A DNA stretch of 25,111 nucleotides. Origin: Candidatus Scalinduaceae bacterium. GTDB taxonomy: Bacteria; Planctomycetota; Brocadiia; Brocadiales; Scalinduaceae. The notes under the pieces are model-generated. The model was not told where the DNA came from. It searched no databases and worked only from the letters and a program-made list of their open reading frames with translations. The stretch is from positions 1-25,111 of the forward strand of contig JBHICG010000049.1 in assembly GCA_046759445.1 (NCBI GenBank), in the 5' to 3' direction. Below are positions 1 through 9,328 of the stretch, one piece after another. The translations under genes were made by a program, and so were the position numbers. Within the stretch, counting starts at the first letter, position 1. The number at the start of each line of letters is the position of its first letter.

Positions 1-376
1 AGTTGGTGATATAGACGGTAATGGGCAGGAGGATGTCATTATTGATTTTGGATCTGGTGTTGGTATCTGGACACTAATGAACAATAGTACATGGAGAAAG
101 CTGCACGCCATTTCGCCAGAGATCATGACAGTTGGTGATATAGACGGTAATGGGCAGGAGGATGTCATTATTGATTTTGGATCTCGTCATGGTGGTATAT
201 GGATTTGGTTAAACAACAGTAGATGGATTAAGTTGCACAAATCCTCACCCGAGATCATAACAACGGGTGATGTGGATGGTAATGGGAAGGAAGATGTAGT
301 CATTGATTTTGGATCTGGCGTTGGTATCTGGATACGAATGAATAATAGTACATGGAAGCCTATAAATAATCCATAA
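1..376 (+). CDS. 3' end of an FG-GAP/VCBS-like repeat protein (5' part outside the window)
   Basis: Frame is open from base 2 (VGDIDGNGQEDVIIDFGSGVGIWTLMNN...). Three ~43-44 aa repeats carry a GD[IV]DGNGxEDV motif. Bases 1-55 recur identically from base 130. Confidence 0.8.
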   Translation, partial: VGDIDGNGQEDVIIDFGSGVGIWTLMNNSTWRKLHAISPEIMTVGDIDGNGQEDVIIDFGSRHGGIWIWLNNSRWIKLHKSSPEIITTGDVDGNGKEDVVIDFGSGVGIWIRMNNSTWKPINNP

Positions 377-425
377 AGGCGTCTTAACTAGTCAAGTACT
401 ATATTTATGAGGAATTTCAAAGATA

Positions 426-599
426 AGATTCTTCGTCATGGAGTTTACCCTCGAGCCTGTCAATCTGAATACAAAGTTAGAAGACTCTAAAAAGTAAGAT
501 TCTTCGGTCGCTTAGCTCTCCCTCAGAATGACAGGTGAAGGGTTCCTCAGAATGACATCGTGGCGATAAAAGTGTCATTCGGAGCGGAGCGAAGAATCT
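426..599. repeat. Cluster of AGATTCTTCG...CTCAGAATGAC REP-like palindromic repeats between convergent genes
   Basis: AGATTCTTCG at 426 and 497; CTCAGAATGACA at 522 and 546; inverted copy TGTCATTCGGAGCGGAGCGAAGAATCT at 573-599. Confidence 0.75.
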
Positions 600-606
600 A
601 ACTTAT

Positions 607-1086
607 TTAATGGGTAAATTTTTGTCGGAGTAGTTTTTCTACTTCAGAAGGTACAAACACAGAAACGTCACCTCCTAAGCAGACAGCCTCTTTAATCAGG
701 CTTGAATTTAGGAATGAGTATTCTTGACTTGTCATTACGAAAACGGTTTCTACATCGTTTTTTAATACACGATTTGTAAGCGCCCTTTGAAATTCATACT
801 CGAAATCAGAAACTGTTCTAATGCCTCTGAGGATCACGTTAATCTGTATATTTTTCATGTAGTCAACCAGCATGCCTTCGAAACAATCGACCTTAACGTT
901 CGTTATTTCTCTCACGCATCTTGAAATCATACCCATTCGTTCTTCTATTGTGAATATGGGTTTCTTTAAAGGATTATGACCGACAGCGACTATGAGTTCA
1001 TCGAAGATTTTGCTGCCGCGTTTAATCAAATCAAGATGGCCATATGTAACAGGGTCGAAGGTGCCCGGGTAAACTGCTTTTCTCAT
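607..1086 (-). CDS. coaD: Pantetheine-phosphate adenylyltransferase
   Basis: 159 aa; AVYPGTFDPVTYGHLD (HxGH-type motif), RGIRTVSDFEYE and SSSLIKE-like motifs. Confidence 0.97.
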   Translation of the reverse strand: MRKAVYPGTFDPVTYGHLDLIKRGSKIFDELIVAVGHNPLKKPIFTIEERMGMISRCVREITNVKVDCFEGMLVDYMKNIQINVILRGIRTVSDFEYEFQRALTNRVLKNDVETVFVMTSQEYSFLNSSLIKEAVCLGGDVSVFVPSEVEKLLRQKFTH

Positions 1087-1109
1087 GACATTTTCATAGA
1101 AAATATCTA

Positions 1110-3953
1110 TTACTTGCTACTCTGAGGAACCAAAGCGCCCACAGTTTGAAGGCGTTTACCTACGGATCCTACTCCACGCGGGATAATATCAAAGCGCGCA
1201 ATGGTATCACCAGTAATTTCATTTTTATTTATGGTTAAGTTGCCAATCATATCATGGAAAAATCGTGAAAGGACAAACACGGAACTTAAATTTTGGCTCT
1301 CAGCTCTAATGTTTTGGCCGGTTCCGATTCTTTGTTTAGCTCTGAAATCAAAATTCTCAGAGAATACCACACGCCATTTTTCGCTTAAAGAGAATGTTGA
1401 TGAAAACCGAACTGTGGAACTAGTATCATCGATAAATCTATGCCCAATGGAAAATCTATATCCGGGCATAGGGTTATAGCGAAGACGTATGTTTAAAACG
1501 TCAACACCGCCTTTTCGTAGATTAAACTCATTCCGTTCTGAAAGAAGTGAAATTTTATCGGTTAATTTTATCCTTAGATCCAATCCAAAAAAGTCATCCC
1601 GTTTCCTGTTTAGGCCCGCATTGCCCGGAAAGATGTTAAATCCCATGTCAAAATCAATAAAGTCCACGGATTTCTCTTTCCCCGGTTTCCCACGTTTTGT
1701 CTGAAGCCTGTTGCGTAAGCCCAGTTTGATTGATTGATAGTCATCAAGTGCGTCTATTCCATCAAACTGGTTTAAGTCTTCCGGGTTTTGTGTAACTAAC
1801 GGCATGAAATTAAAGCGTACTTCGGGTACGATGATGTGCCTCAGCCTGTTGATGTTTAGGAGTTTATTATAAACACTATAGGTTCGCGAGAGTGTAGTGC
1901 CTATATCAAGGCCGAGAGAACCTGCTATTCGTCCGCGAGGTGTACCACCACCCTTATTTCTCAGTGTTACGGGGTCTACCTTTACGCTTTCACTATAGCC
2001 GGTGAGACGAACGCCCATAAAGGGATTAAACTTTATACCCAGAATGCGAAAAGGGGCATTGATTGTATTATCTGTATCAAATCTTATTGTTTCCTCTGGT
2101 TCAAGCCTGACAGGTACTCTATCAAAAACTCTTTCTGCGGTTAATAAAGCTCCGCGTCCCAGGAATTGCTCCTCAGCCCTCTTTGGTGAAATTTCGTCGA
2201 ATACTCTATCGTGATATGCTAATTCTGTTTCAGAGGAAAAATTTAACTTGCCTTCCCACAAAGGCTCTCCAATTATACTGTATTTTAGCTCAGGGAGAGT
2301 TTGGTTTGTTCTATTAAGCCTTTGTGAATTCACCAGAGTATCATATGTCCTTAACTGCTTTTCAGCCAGGAAGGAAAATCCCCTGTTATCAGAGGCCTTT
2401 CTTAAATAGAATATGGTCTCTCTGTCCTTCTCTACCTTAAAAACATTTCTAAAATATTCTCTGAAGAAATTTCTATCGCTAACGTTTGATACTTCAATAT
2501 CTGCTATCCAATTGTTAGCGAGTAATTGTCTATGTCGCCATAGGAATTGTCCTCTATCTTTACTTGTAATCGGGACATTGTTGATATCAGTATCCTTTTC
2601 GTCTCTGACATAATATGTATTAATGAGGCCAGAAAAATTAGCTTTTTCATATAGAAAATCCAAACCAACTGCGGGTCCCCTCAATTCAAGAAAGTCCGCG
2701 CTAAATGTTAAATCACTCCAATCACCCATTTTTTCACCAAAGGCAATACTGTATATGTCCCAATCCGTCTTAAAAAATCTTCCGAATCTTGAGATTCTGC
2801 CAAATTCCCAATTCTTTAAAAGTTTTCTTTTTTTTCTTTTCATATCAAAGTTTAAAAATGGTAAGTAAGCCACAGGGATATTTCCTGCATAAAATACGTT
2901 TTTTTTTGCTGAGACAATTGAATGATCTGCAGTCTTAAAAATCCTTACCTTAGAGGATTGGAAACGGAAATGTGGATGCCCATAGCTACAGGAGGTAAAG
3001 GATCCATTTTTTACTTCGTATAGGCCCTTACCTTTATGCTTAATCTCATCACCATGTATATAAACGGGTGTTTCCACTGCAGAATAAGGGGTTTTGAAGG
3101 TGCTACTGAAGACGCTTTTAACAAAAATACCTTCATTTTCCTTAATGTTCTCAAAAATTTTCTCAGCTATCATGAGATCCTTTTTACGTCTCATTGTAAC
3201 ATTTCCTTCAGCGTATAATTCTTTATATATTTGTTTAAGAGGTTTGTCCTTTCCACCTTTTTCAATGTCAAAATATAAGATTACATTATCAGCATTTAGG
3301 GTTTCCTCACGTCCTTTTATCATGACATTTCCTGTTGCTACAATTATGCGAACGTCTTTTTCTACCCATGTATCTATATCATCAGCAAAAATGTCTATAG
3401 GTTTTCCCTCGGCAGTCAAACTTGTTGGGGGACGGATTCTAGGCCCTCTAGGTATTTCTTCGGATGCAAATTCTCCCAGGCCTTCAGCCCTTATTAGTTC
3501 CCCTCTTAAGTATAATTTTGTTTTTCGCTCTTCTTCAAGTTTTTGAATTTTGGTTTTTATGGGGTTTACGACTACACCTGCCGTTGTAACTAACCTCAAG
3601 TACATTTGTTCATAATTTTGAACGATTTCCTCTTGTAATAATGATATCTTGCCCTCACAATAGATCTCCATCTGCCCCTCGGCAAATTGTGCAATCTTAA
3701 CTTCTCTAAACCAGCTAATTAATGAATTTGCAGTAATCAAGACGTTACCCTGTTCAATTTTTACGTTACCCCTTGCCATGAAGACTTTAAACCCATTTTC
3801 ATCCCAGGTACTTATTCTGCGTGCAGTGATAGAAATAGGTTGCTTTGAGTTATCCTTGGTTATAAGTGGGCCTTGTGATAAAGCATTGTTGCAAAGTATT
3901 AAGGATGTAAAAAAAATTGTGCTTGCAAAAAGTCGCATTCCAGGCCTTATCAA
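1110..3953 (-). CDS. lptD: LptD/OstA-like outer-membrane LPS-assembly protein (start may be the ATG five codons downstream)
   Basis: 947 aa with signal-peptide-like N-terminus, OstA-like beta-jellyroll segments (ATGNVMIK...LNADNV), NGSFTSCSYGHPHF and IPVAYLPF motifs, and a beta-strand-rich C-terminus. Confidence 0.75.
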   Translation of the reverse strand: MIRPGMRLFASTIFFTSLILCNNALSQGPLITKDNSKQPISITARRISTWDENGFKVFMARGNVKIEQGNVLITANSLISWFREVKIAQFAEGQMEIYCEGKISLLQEEIVQNYEQMYLRLVTTAGVVVNPIKTKIQKLEEERKTKLYLRGELIRAEGLGEFASEEIPRGPRIRPPTSLTAEGKPIDIFADDIDTWVEKDVRIIVATGNVMIKGREETLNADNVILYFDIEKGGKDKPLKQIYKELYAEGNVTMRRKKDLMIAEKIFENIKENEGIFVKSVFSSTFKTPYSAVETPVYIHGDEIKHKGKGLYEVKNGSFTSCSYGHPHFRFQSSKVRIFKTADHSIVSAKKNVFYAGNIPVAYLPFLNFDMKRKKRKLLKNWEFGRISRFGRFFKTDWDIYSIAFGEKMGDWSDLTFSADFLELRGPAVGLDFLYEKANFSGLINTYYVRDEKDTDINNVPITSKDRGQFLWRHRQLLANNWIADIEVSNVSDRNFFREYFRNVFKVEKDRETIFYLRKASDNRGFSFLAEKQLRTYDTLVNSQRLNRTNQTLPELKYSIIGEPLWEGKLNFSSETELAYHDRVFDEISPKRAEEQFLGRGALLTAERVFDRVPVRLEPEETIRFDTDNTINAPFRILGIKFNPFMGVRLTGYSESVKVDPVTLRNKGGGTPRGRIAGSLGLDIGTTLSRTYSVYNKLLNINRLRHIIVPEVRFNFMPLVTQNPEDLNQFDGIDALDDYQSIKLGLRNRLQTKRGKPGKEKSVDFIDFDMGFNIFPGNAGLNRKRDDFFGLDLRIKLTDKISLLSERNEFNLRKGGVDVLNIRLRYNPMPGYRFSIGHRFIDDTSSTVRFSSTFSLSEKWRVVFSENFDFRAKQRIGTGQNIRAESQNLSSVFVLSRFFHDMIGNLTINKNEITGDTIARFDIIPRGVGSVGKRLQTVGALVPQSSK

Positions 3954-4044
3954 AAAGTTTTTAGCAGAGAAATTTTATTATTTACAAGATTTATTTTGCC
4001 AATGTGTCTTAAAGAAGCGCAAACAAGAAATATAAATGTGAATT

Positions 4045-5184
4045 TTATATATGTTTATTAAAGAAATCCTTGATTGTATTAATAACGAAATCTTGTTCCT
4101 CTTTTGTTATTTCTGGAAAGATTGGAAGTGATAATGTTTCTTTGGCCGCTCTTTCTGCTTCAGGCATATCTCCTTCTGTATACCCCAGGTATGCAAGACA
4201 TTTTTGTAAATGTTGTGGAATTGGATAATGTACTGCGCAATCTATATTATTTGCCCTCAAGTGTTCCATAAGTTTGTGTCTCTCCTTTACCCTGATTACG
4301 TAAAGATGAAAGACGTGCCTGTTAAAGTCGATTACTTTTGGTGTTATTATATCCAGTTCCACCATTTTTTCTGTGTAATATGTTGCTTTTTGCCTTCTTT
4401 GTTCACCCCAGGCGTCTATATGACTGAGTTTTTTTATAAGGATAGCGGCTTGTATCGTGTCTAACCGACCATTAATACCCAGGATAGGGTAATAATTCTT
4501 AGGTTTTCCACCATGAATCCTCAACATGTAAATTAACTCTGCAAGTCCGTCATTGTTACATGTAACCATTCCTCCATCCCCATAGGCGCCAAGATTCTTG
4601 CTCGGGAAAAATGAAAAACATCCTAAATCACCCATTGAACCTGTTTTTCTATCTTTGTATTCGGCGCCAATGGCCTGTGCAGCATCTTCTATAACTTTGA
4701 TATCGTGCTTCTTTGCTATTTCCAATATTGGTTCCATATCTGCACACTGCCCATATAAATGAACGGGGATGATAGCTTTGGTATTTTTGCTTATACATTT
4801 TTCTATTAAATCTGGTCTTATGTTGTATGACTCAGGATCAATATCCACGAAAACGGGTTTTGCGCCGGCATTACATATAGCGCCAACTGTGGCAAAAAAA
4901 GTAAAGGGGGATGTGATTACTTCATCTCCATTGCCAATGCCCAATGATTTAAGAGCCAGAAATAATGCATCACTTCCCGAAGAGACACCAATTGCATGGT
5001 TTGTGTTACAGTATGAAGCGAAAAGTCTTTCAAATTCTTTAACTTGTGGCCCCAGGATGAAAGATTGACTTTCAATTACATCATGTATTGCAGAATCTAT
5101 CTCTTCCTTTATGTCGTAATATTGGCGACTTAAATCTAATAAAGGGACCTTTGTTTTTACGATTTTACCAACAGGATGGTTCAT
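4045..5184 (-). CDS. DegT/DnrJ/EryC1/StrS family PLP-dependent sugar aminotransferase
   Basis: Motifs SSGSDAL, VHLYGQ, IEDAAQA, FSFFPSKNLGAYGDGG, NGRLDTIQAA and LSLPIFP. Confidence 0.95.
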   Translation of the reverse strand: MNHPVGKIVKTKVPLLDLSRQYYDIKEEIDSAIHDVIESQSFILGPQVKEFERLFASYCNTNHAIGVSSGSDALFLALKSLGIGNGDEVITSPFTFFATVGAICNAGAKPVFVDIDPESYNIRPDLIEKCISKNTKAIIPVHLYGQCADMEPILEIAKKHDIKVIEDAAQAIGAEYKDRKTGSMGDLGCFSFFPSKNLGAYGDGGMVTCNNDGLAELIYMLRIHGGKPKNYYPILGINGRLDTIQAAILIKKLSHIDAWGEQRRQKATYYTEKMVELDIITPKVIDFNRHVFHLYVIRVKERHKLMEHLRANNIDCAVHYPIPQHLQKCLAYLGYTEGDMPEAERAAKETLSLPIFPEITKEEQDFVINTIKDFFNKHI

Positions 5185-5276
5185 CTTATATTTTTAAATT
5201 GCAACACTAAAAAAGGATTTCCCTCTTTAATATTTAGTAGAGGATATTTGCCAAATTGAAAATACAAATGTAAAAC

Positions 5277-5366
5277 TTATTTTTTCCTTCTTCTTGCTCG
5301 TCTTTTTAGGATGTACTTTTTCCTGTTGAGTCTGTGCTTCTTTTTTCCCTCAAATCCGTTTGCCAT
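5277..5366 (-). CDS. 29-aa Lys/Arg-rich small protein MANGFEGKKKHRLNRKKYILKRRARRRKK, possibly bS22/AURKAIP1-COX24-like
   Basis: Translated by hand (below the ORF-track cutoff). ATG at 5366 is preceded by purine-rich GAGAAAGGG; TAA at 5277-5279; composition is typical of tiny basic ribosomal proteins. Confidence 0.65.
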   Translation of the reverse strand: MANGFEGKKKHRLNRKKYILKRRARRRKK

Positions 5367-5448
5367 ATAAACCCTTTCTCAAACTTAAGTTAAGACATAG
5401 TAATTGCTGGTCTTGAATAAAAAGTCATAATTTGATATTATATTACAA

Positions 5449-5540
5449 GAGGGACTTTAAGAATTGTTTTCTCCTTTCCCCTACCCGTAATCCTTTAACC
5501 TCCTAGAGATTATTGGTAGGCTTTCAATTCTGGGTCCCTC
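5449..5540 (-). ncRNA. Candidate structured RNA (rod-like, four stacked helices) upstream of the small basic ORF
   Basis: Nested pairs GAGGGAC/GTCCCTC, AGAATTG/CAATTCT, CCTACC/GGTAGG and TAATC/GATTA; G-U extensions favour the minus strand. Confidence 0.45.
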
Positions 5541-5570
5541 ATTTTTTCGAGACTTTCTCAAATCCATCGA

Positions 5571-5598
5571 ATTATACTATTTGTAATCCATATTACAA
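5571..5598 (-). promoter_or_regulatory. Sigma70-like promoter TTGTAA-N16-TATAAT overlapped by palindrome TTGTAAT-N4-ATTACAA
   Basis: Perfect -10 TATAAT at 5576-5571; palindrome at 5581-5598. Confidence 0.5.
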
Positions 5599-5832
5599 GT
5601 GATTCTTTTGCTAAAAGGGTTCTAATCCTCTTATAAGAAAACTTCAATATTTGTTTGTTAAGTGTTATAAGGTAATTGGTTGCATTGTCCGAATCTTTGA
5701 ACATGTGTCGATTATGTCAAATTTTTGGTATAAAAATATTTAAGGGTTAATGTTAAGTGTTTCGAGTGGCATAGCTTCAACTATTCAAGGAATTCCTCAC
5801 TAAAACCCGTAATTTTGTCTTATTAGATCAAA

Positions 5833-8445
5833 ATGGCACATCGTCCTCTTGTAGAAATTGTACTATCTTTTGCAATCGGCATATCTGCAGATTATATTCT
5901 CAATATTCCTTTTTTTCTTGTTTTCCCTACAATCTTTGTAACCTTGCTTGTGTATTTGTGTTTATTCGTATTTTACTCCCGACTGACCGAGTCTTTCGGG
6001 CGGGTTCCTTTTCTGTGGGTGGTCGGGCATGGAAGAGGTCCTGTGTTAACACTTCTTTTTTTAACGTTCCTGACAGGTGTTTCATATCACCATTTTAGAT
6101 TTTATTCTTATCCCACCGATAGCATATCGAATCTTATAAGTACCAAAAAAACTCCCGTTCGTTTGCATGGCATAGTCGTGTCACAACCTATTAGCAAATA
6201 TATGTCAAAGCCTCCGTTATCTTCGTTAAAACAACGCAAGGAGGTTGTTACGTTCTTACTGCGAACGGATGCAATAGAAAAAGGAGGAAATATTTCTGAA
6301 AATTTCGTGAACGGGGCACAGCGAGGAGATTGGAAAGACGTTTCAGGTGTAATTAAAGTAAATGTTTACCCAACAAAGGAAGAAGAAAATACGCTAAGCA
6401 GCGAAAAGGATCATCTTGCAAATAAACTAGAATATGGGGATAGGATAGAATTAGTGGGGAATATTTCAACACCTTCAGTGCCTCATAATCCAGGGCAGTT
6501 TAATTATAAAAAGTACCTTCAGAAACAAAATCCACGTACTGAGGCTATTCTCAGTGTTATAAGTGCTAAAAACGTAAAGCTAATATCAGAAAATCATGGA
6601 AATTATTTTTTTACATTTGTCTATAGCCTGAAGAAAAAATTAGATGAAGTTATTAGAAAATATGTGAAAAGAAGAAGTATTCCTCTTGTTAGTAGTATCT
6701 TACTTGGTGATCGCGAGAAGGTGCCAGAGAGACTTATGGATAATTTTGTAAAAACTGGGATTATTCATTTCCTGGCAATTAGCGGCTTGCACGTTGGCAT
6801 ACTGGTTGTTTCATTACATTTCTTATTAAGGCTATTTGGACTTAATATGAGATGCTTGGCAATAATTATCATATTGGTTACATTTTTGTATGCTGCCATT
6901 ACGGGAATGAAAACTCCAATTATGCGAGCTAGTATTATGGTCGCTATCTATTATGGTGCATTCATATTTGATAGGCGTTGGGATATTCTAAATAGCATCG
7001 CAGCGGCAGTATTTATAATACTTTTGATAAATCCATCAGACTTATTTAATGTGGGCTTTCAACTTTCAGTACTTGCAGTGCTTGGAATTATATACATTCC
7101 AGATAGAATTGAAAATTGTCTTTGGAAATCAACTCTCTTGATTGAAAAATTGCAGGCAAAGGAAGAAAGAAATGAGTTCTGGTTTTTGTTTAAGCGATAT
7201 TGCAGAAAGACATTTTGTGTTTCTCTGGCAGCCTGGATTGCCGTAATGCCACTTGTAGCATATTATTTTCATATCGTAACCCCTCTGGTAACATTGTTGA
7301 ATATAGTTGTCCTGCCATTAATATGGATTATACTGGTTGGTGGGTTTGTTGTATTGATCACGGGATTTTTGTTTCCAATATTGGCAACGCCGTTTGCCTG
7401 GCTGATTTCCTATTCTGCGATAACGTTGGAAAGCATAATTTCGTTTCTTTCAACAAATTTCGAGACTTTCTTCTATACATCGGGACTATCGTGGACGTGG
7501 ATAGCAGTCTATTACTTGATAGTCATACTTTTTATAGCAAGGGAGAGATTAAGGGTTAGAATGGTTCATGCTTTAATTGTAGTTTTGGCTGCTTCGAATA
7601 TATTTATCATTTCAGGATTATTTGGCCATAATCAAAGTTGTCTCAAATTTATGTGCTTTGATGTAAGGCATGGGACTTCTATCTTTATTCAATTTCCTAA
7701 CGGCAAAAACATGCTCTTTGATACAGGCACGTGGAGTAATTATGACGTAGGGAAATTTATTGTTGCTCCCTTTTTGAGGCAGGAGGGAATAAGAAAGATA
7801 GATACCATAGTTGTATCCCATGAAGATGATGATCATTGTAATGGGATACCGTCTCTTATTGAAAGGTTTAAGATTGACAATGTTTATGTCAACAAATTTT
7901 TCTTGCAATCTGGCAATAAAGAGAAGTTATTGAGATTAATTAGTGGGAAAAACATAAGCACAGGCCTGCTGGCTAAAGGTGTAGAAATTAATGGATACGA
8001 ACCGGCGAAAATCACGGTACTTAATCCACATGATAGAGACATATTAAGATATGAGGGTTTCCCTGTAAACGGCTTATCCGTTAACGATTCATCCAGCGTG
8101 CTATTGATTGAATATCTGGGTTACAAATTGTTATTGTGTGCGGATATAGGTGAATCTGGAATCGAGTTGATTTTGTCAGGCAAGGATGATCTGGTTGCAG
8201 ACATAATCCAGGTTCCACATCATGGAGGTTTTTGTGTAAAAACAGAAGATTTGATTAAGCGTGTTAAACCAAAACACGCCATAATAAGCGGAATAGAAAA
8301 AATTGTTTCGACATCTACGGTTGAAGCTTATGAGAAGTTTGGATCAAACTTATCTAAGACATACCAGGACGGGGCAATATCGTTTACTATAAATGAGGAT
8401 GGTATTCAAGTATCAAAATTTCTTAATAAACAAATTAGTAACTAA
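5833..8445 (+). CDS. comEC: DNA internalization competence protein ComEC/Rec2
   Basis: NPGQFNY, HFLAISGLHVG, GFQLS, and a C-terminal metallo-beta-lactamase domain (SHEDDDHCNG, QVPHHG). Confidence 0.95.
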   Translation: MAHRPLVEIVLSFAIGISADYILNIPFFLVFPTIFVTLLVYLCLFVFYSRLTESFGRVPFLWVVGHGRGPVLTLLFLTFLTGVSYHHFRFYSYPTDSISNLISTKKTPVRLHGIVVSQPISKYMSKPPLSSLKQRKEVVTFLLRTDAIEKGGNISENFVNGAQRGDWKDVSGVIKVNVYPTKEEENTLSSEKDHLANKLEYGDRIELVGNISTPSVPHNPGQFNYKKYLQKQNPRTEAILSVISAKNVKLISENHGNYFFTFVYSLKKKLDEVIRKYVKRRSIPLVSSILLGDREKVPERLMDNFVKTGIIHFLAISGLHVGILVVSLHFLLRLFGLNMRCLAIIIILVTFLYAAITGMKTPIMRASIMVAIYYGAFIFDRRWDILNSIAAAVFIILLINPSDLFNVGFQLSVLAVLGIIYIPDRIENCLWKSTLLIEKLQAKEERNEFWFLFKRYCRKTFCVSLAAWIAVMPLVAYYFHIVTPLVTLLNIVVLPLIWIILVGGFVVLITGFLFPILATPFAWLISYSAITLESIISFLSTNFETFFYTSGLSWTWIAVYYLIVILFIARERLRVRMVHALIVVLAASNIFIISGLFGHNQSCLKFMCFDVRHGTSIFIQFPNGKNMLFDTGTWSNYDVGKFIVAPFLRQEGIRKIDTIVVSHEDDDHCNGIPSLIERFKIDNVYVNKFFLQSGNKEKLLRLISGKNISTGLLAKGVEINGYEPAKITVLNPHDRDILRYEGFPVNGLSVNDSSSVLLIEYLGYKLLLCADIGESGIELILSGKDDLVADIIQVPHHGGFCVKTEDLIKRVKPKHAIISGIEKIVSTSTVEAYEKFGSNLSKTYQDGAISFTINEDGIQVSKFLNKQISN

Positions 8446-8701
8446 AAATTTATATGCCTCATAGAATTAAGTGGAAAAAGTGATTGGGACAGCAGAATTA
8501 CTTAACCTTCTATATCATAGGTCTCTCTCTCAATGTCTATCCAGAATCTAAAATTAATAAGTGGTCATTGTTCCTGATGCAGTCTAAAACGTTAAAGACC
8601 TGGTTGAAGAGATACCTACTATTCCTAAAGATGACGTCAAAAAACATGAATTAGCGTACTAGGCCAGTAAAGACACATTAAAAGCTTGAATTCTGAAAAT
8701 C

Positions 8702-9046
8702 CTAAGCCATTATGTCTATAAGGCTCTTTTGTGCTTCATCGGTACGTTTAATTACAGCTATATTAGCAGATAAGAGATGTCTGGCATTCATCTGTTCTAC
8801 AATTTCCTCAAATAAACTAACATTTGATGCTTCGACCATGCTACCTTCCTTATTTTGATGCAACGGCCCCGATTCCGTGCTTTCACTTAGATTTACAACA
8901 ACCTCGCCAATTGCACCTTCACTCAAACTAAAGTTTTGTTTTTTAAATCCGTCAGTATTAATGTTAGCTGTATTGTGTGCAGATGAATCCAGAACATCAA
9001 AAGCAGCTCTGATACCGGAAACTGAAGAACTAAATGACAGAGACAT
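8702..9046 (-). CDS. Short flagellar basal-body rod/hook-like protein (FlgC/FlgG terminal domains only)
   Basis: SAHNTANINTDGFKK and ASNVSLFEEIVEQM...SLIDIMA motifs. GGAGG precedes the ATG at 9046, so that start is preferred over 9061. Confidence 0.8.
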   Translation of the reverse strand: MSLSFSSSVSGIRAAFDVLDSSAHNTANINTDGFKKQNFSLSEGAIGEVVVNLSESTESGPLHQNKEGSMVEASNVSLFEEIVEQMNARHLLSANIAVIKRTDEAQKSLIDIMA

Positions 9047-9328
9047 AATTACCTCCAACATTTCTTATCGGCAGTTTTACACGATAACTTTAGAAAAAAT
9101 AAGATTTAGAATAAAACCGGAAAAGTTTTTGATCTTGTAAGGAAATCTTTAGTGTTCCCTAAAAAAAGTAAGAAGGAAGGAAATGAAAAGAAATCTGCTT
9201 TTGGCTTTACTATAACACTTTTTTCAATTGAAAGAAACTGAAAATAAAACACATGTTGAATAAGGATAATTCCTGTCTCACCACAATATTTTCGATTTTA
9301 GTCTTTAGCTTATTATCTTTTAATTTTA

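Noticed and set aside
1..376. DGR-like template/variable repeat interpretation of the near-identical repeats
   Set aside because: They are in-frame protein repeats; no adenine-specific variation pattern was evident and no reverse transcriptase is present in the window.
1201..5068. Plus-strand ORFs inside the lptD-like and aminotransferase genes
   Set aside because: Antisense shadows of well-supported genes, with no motifs.
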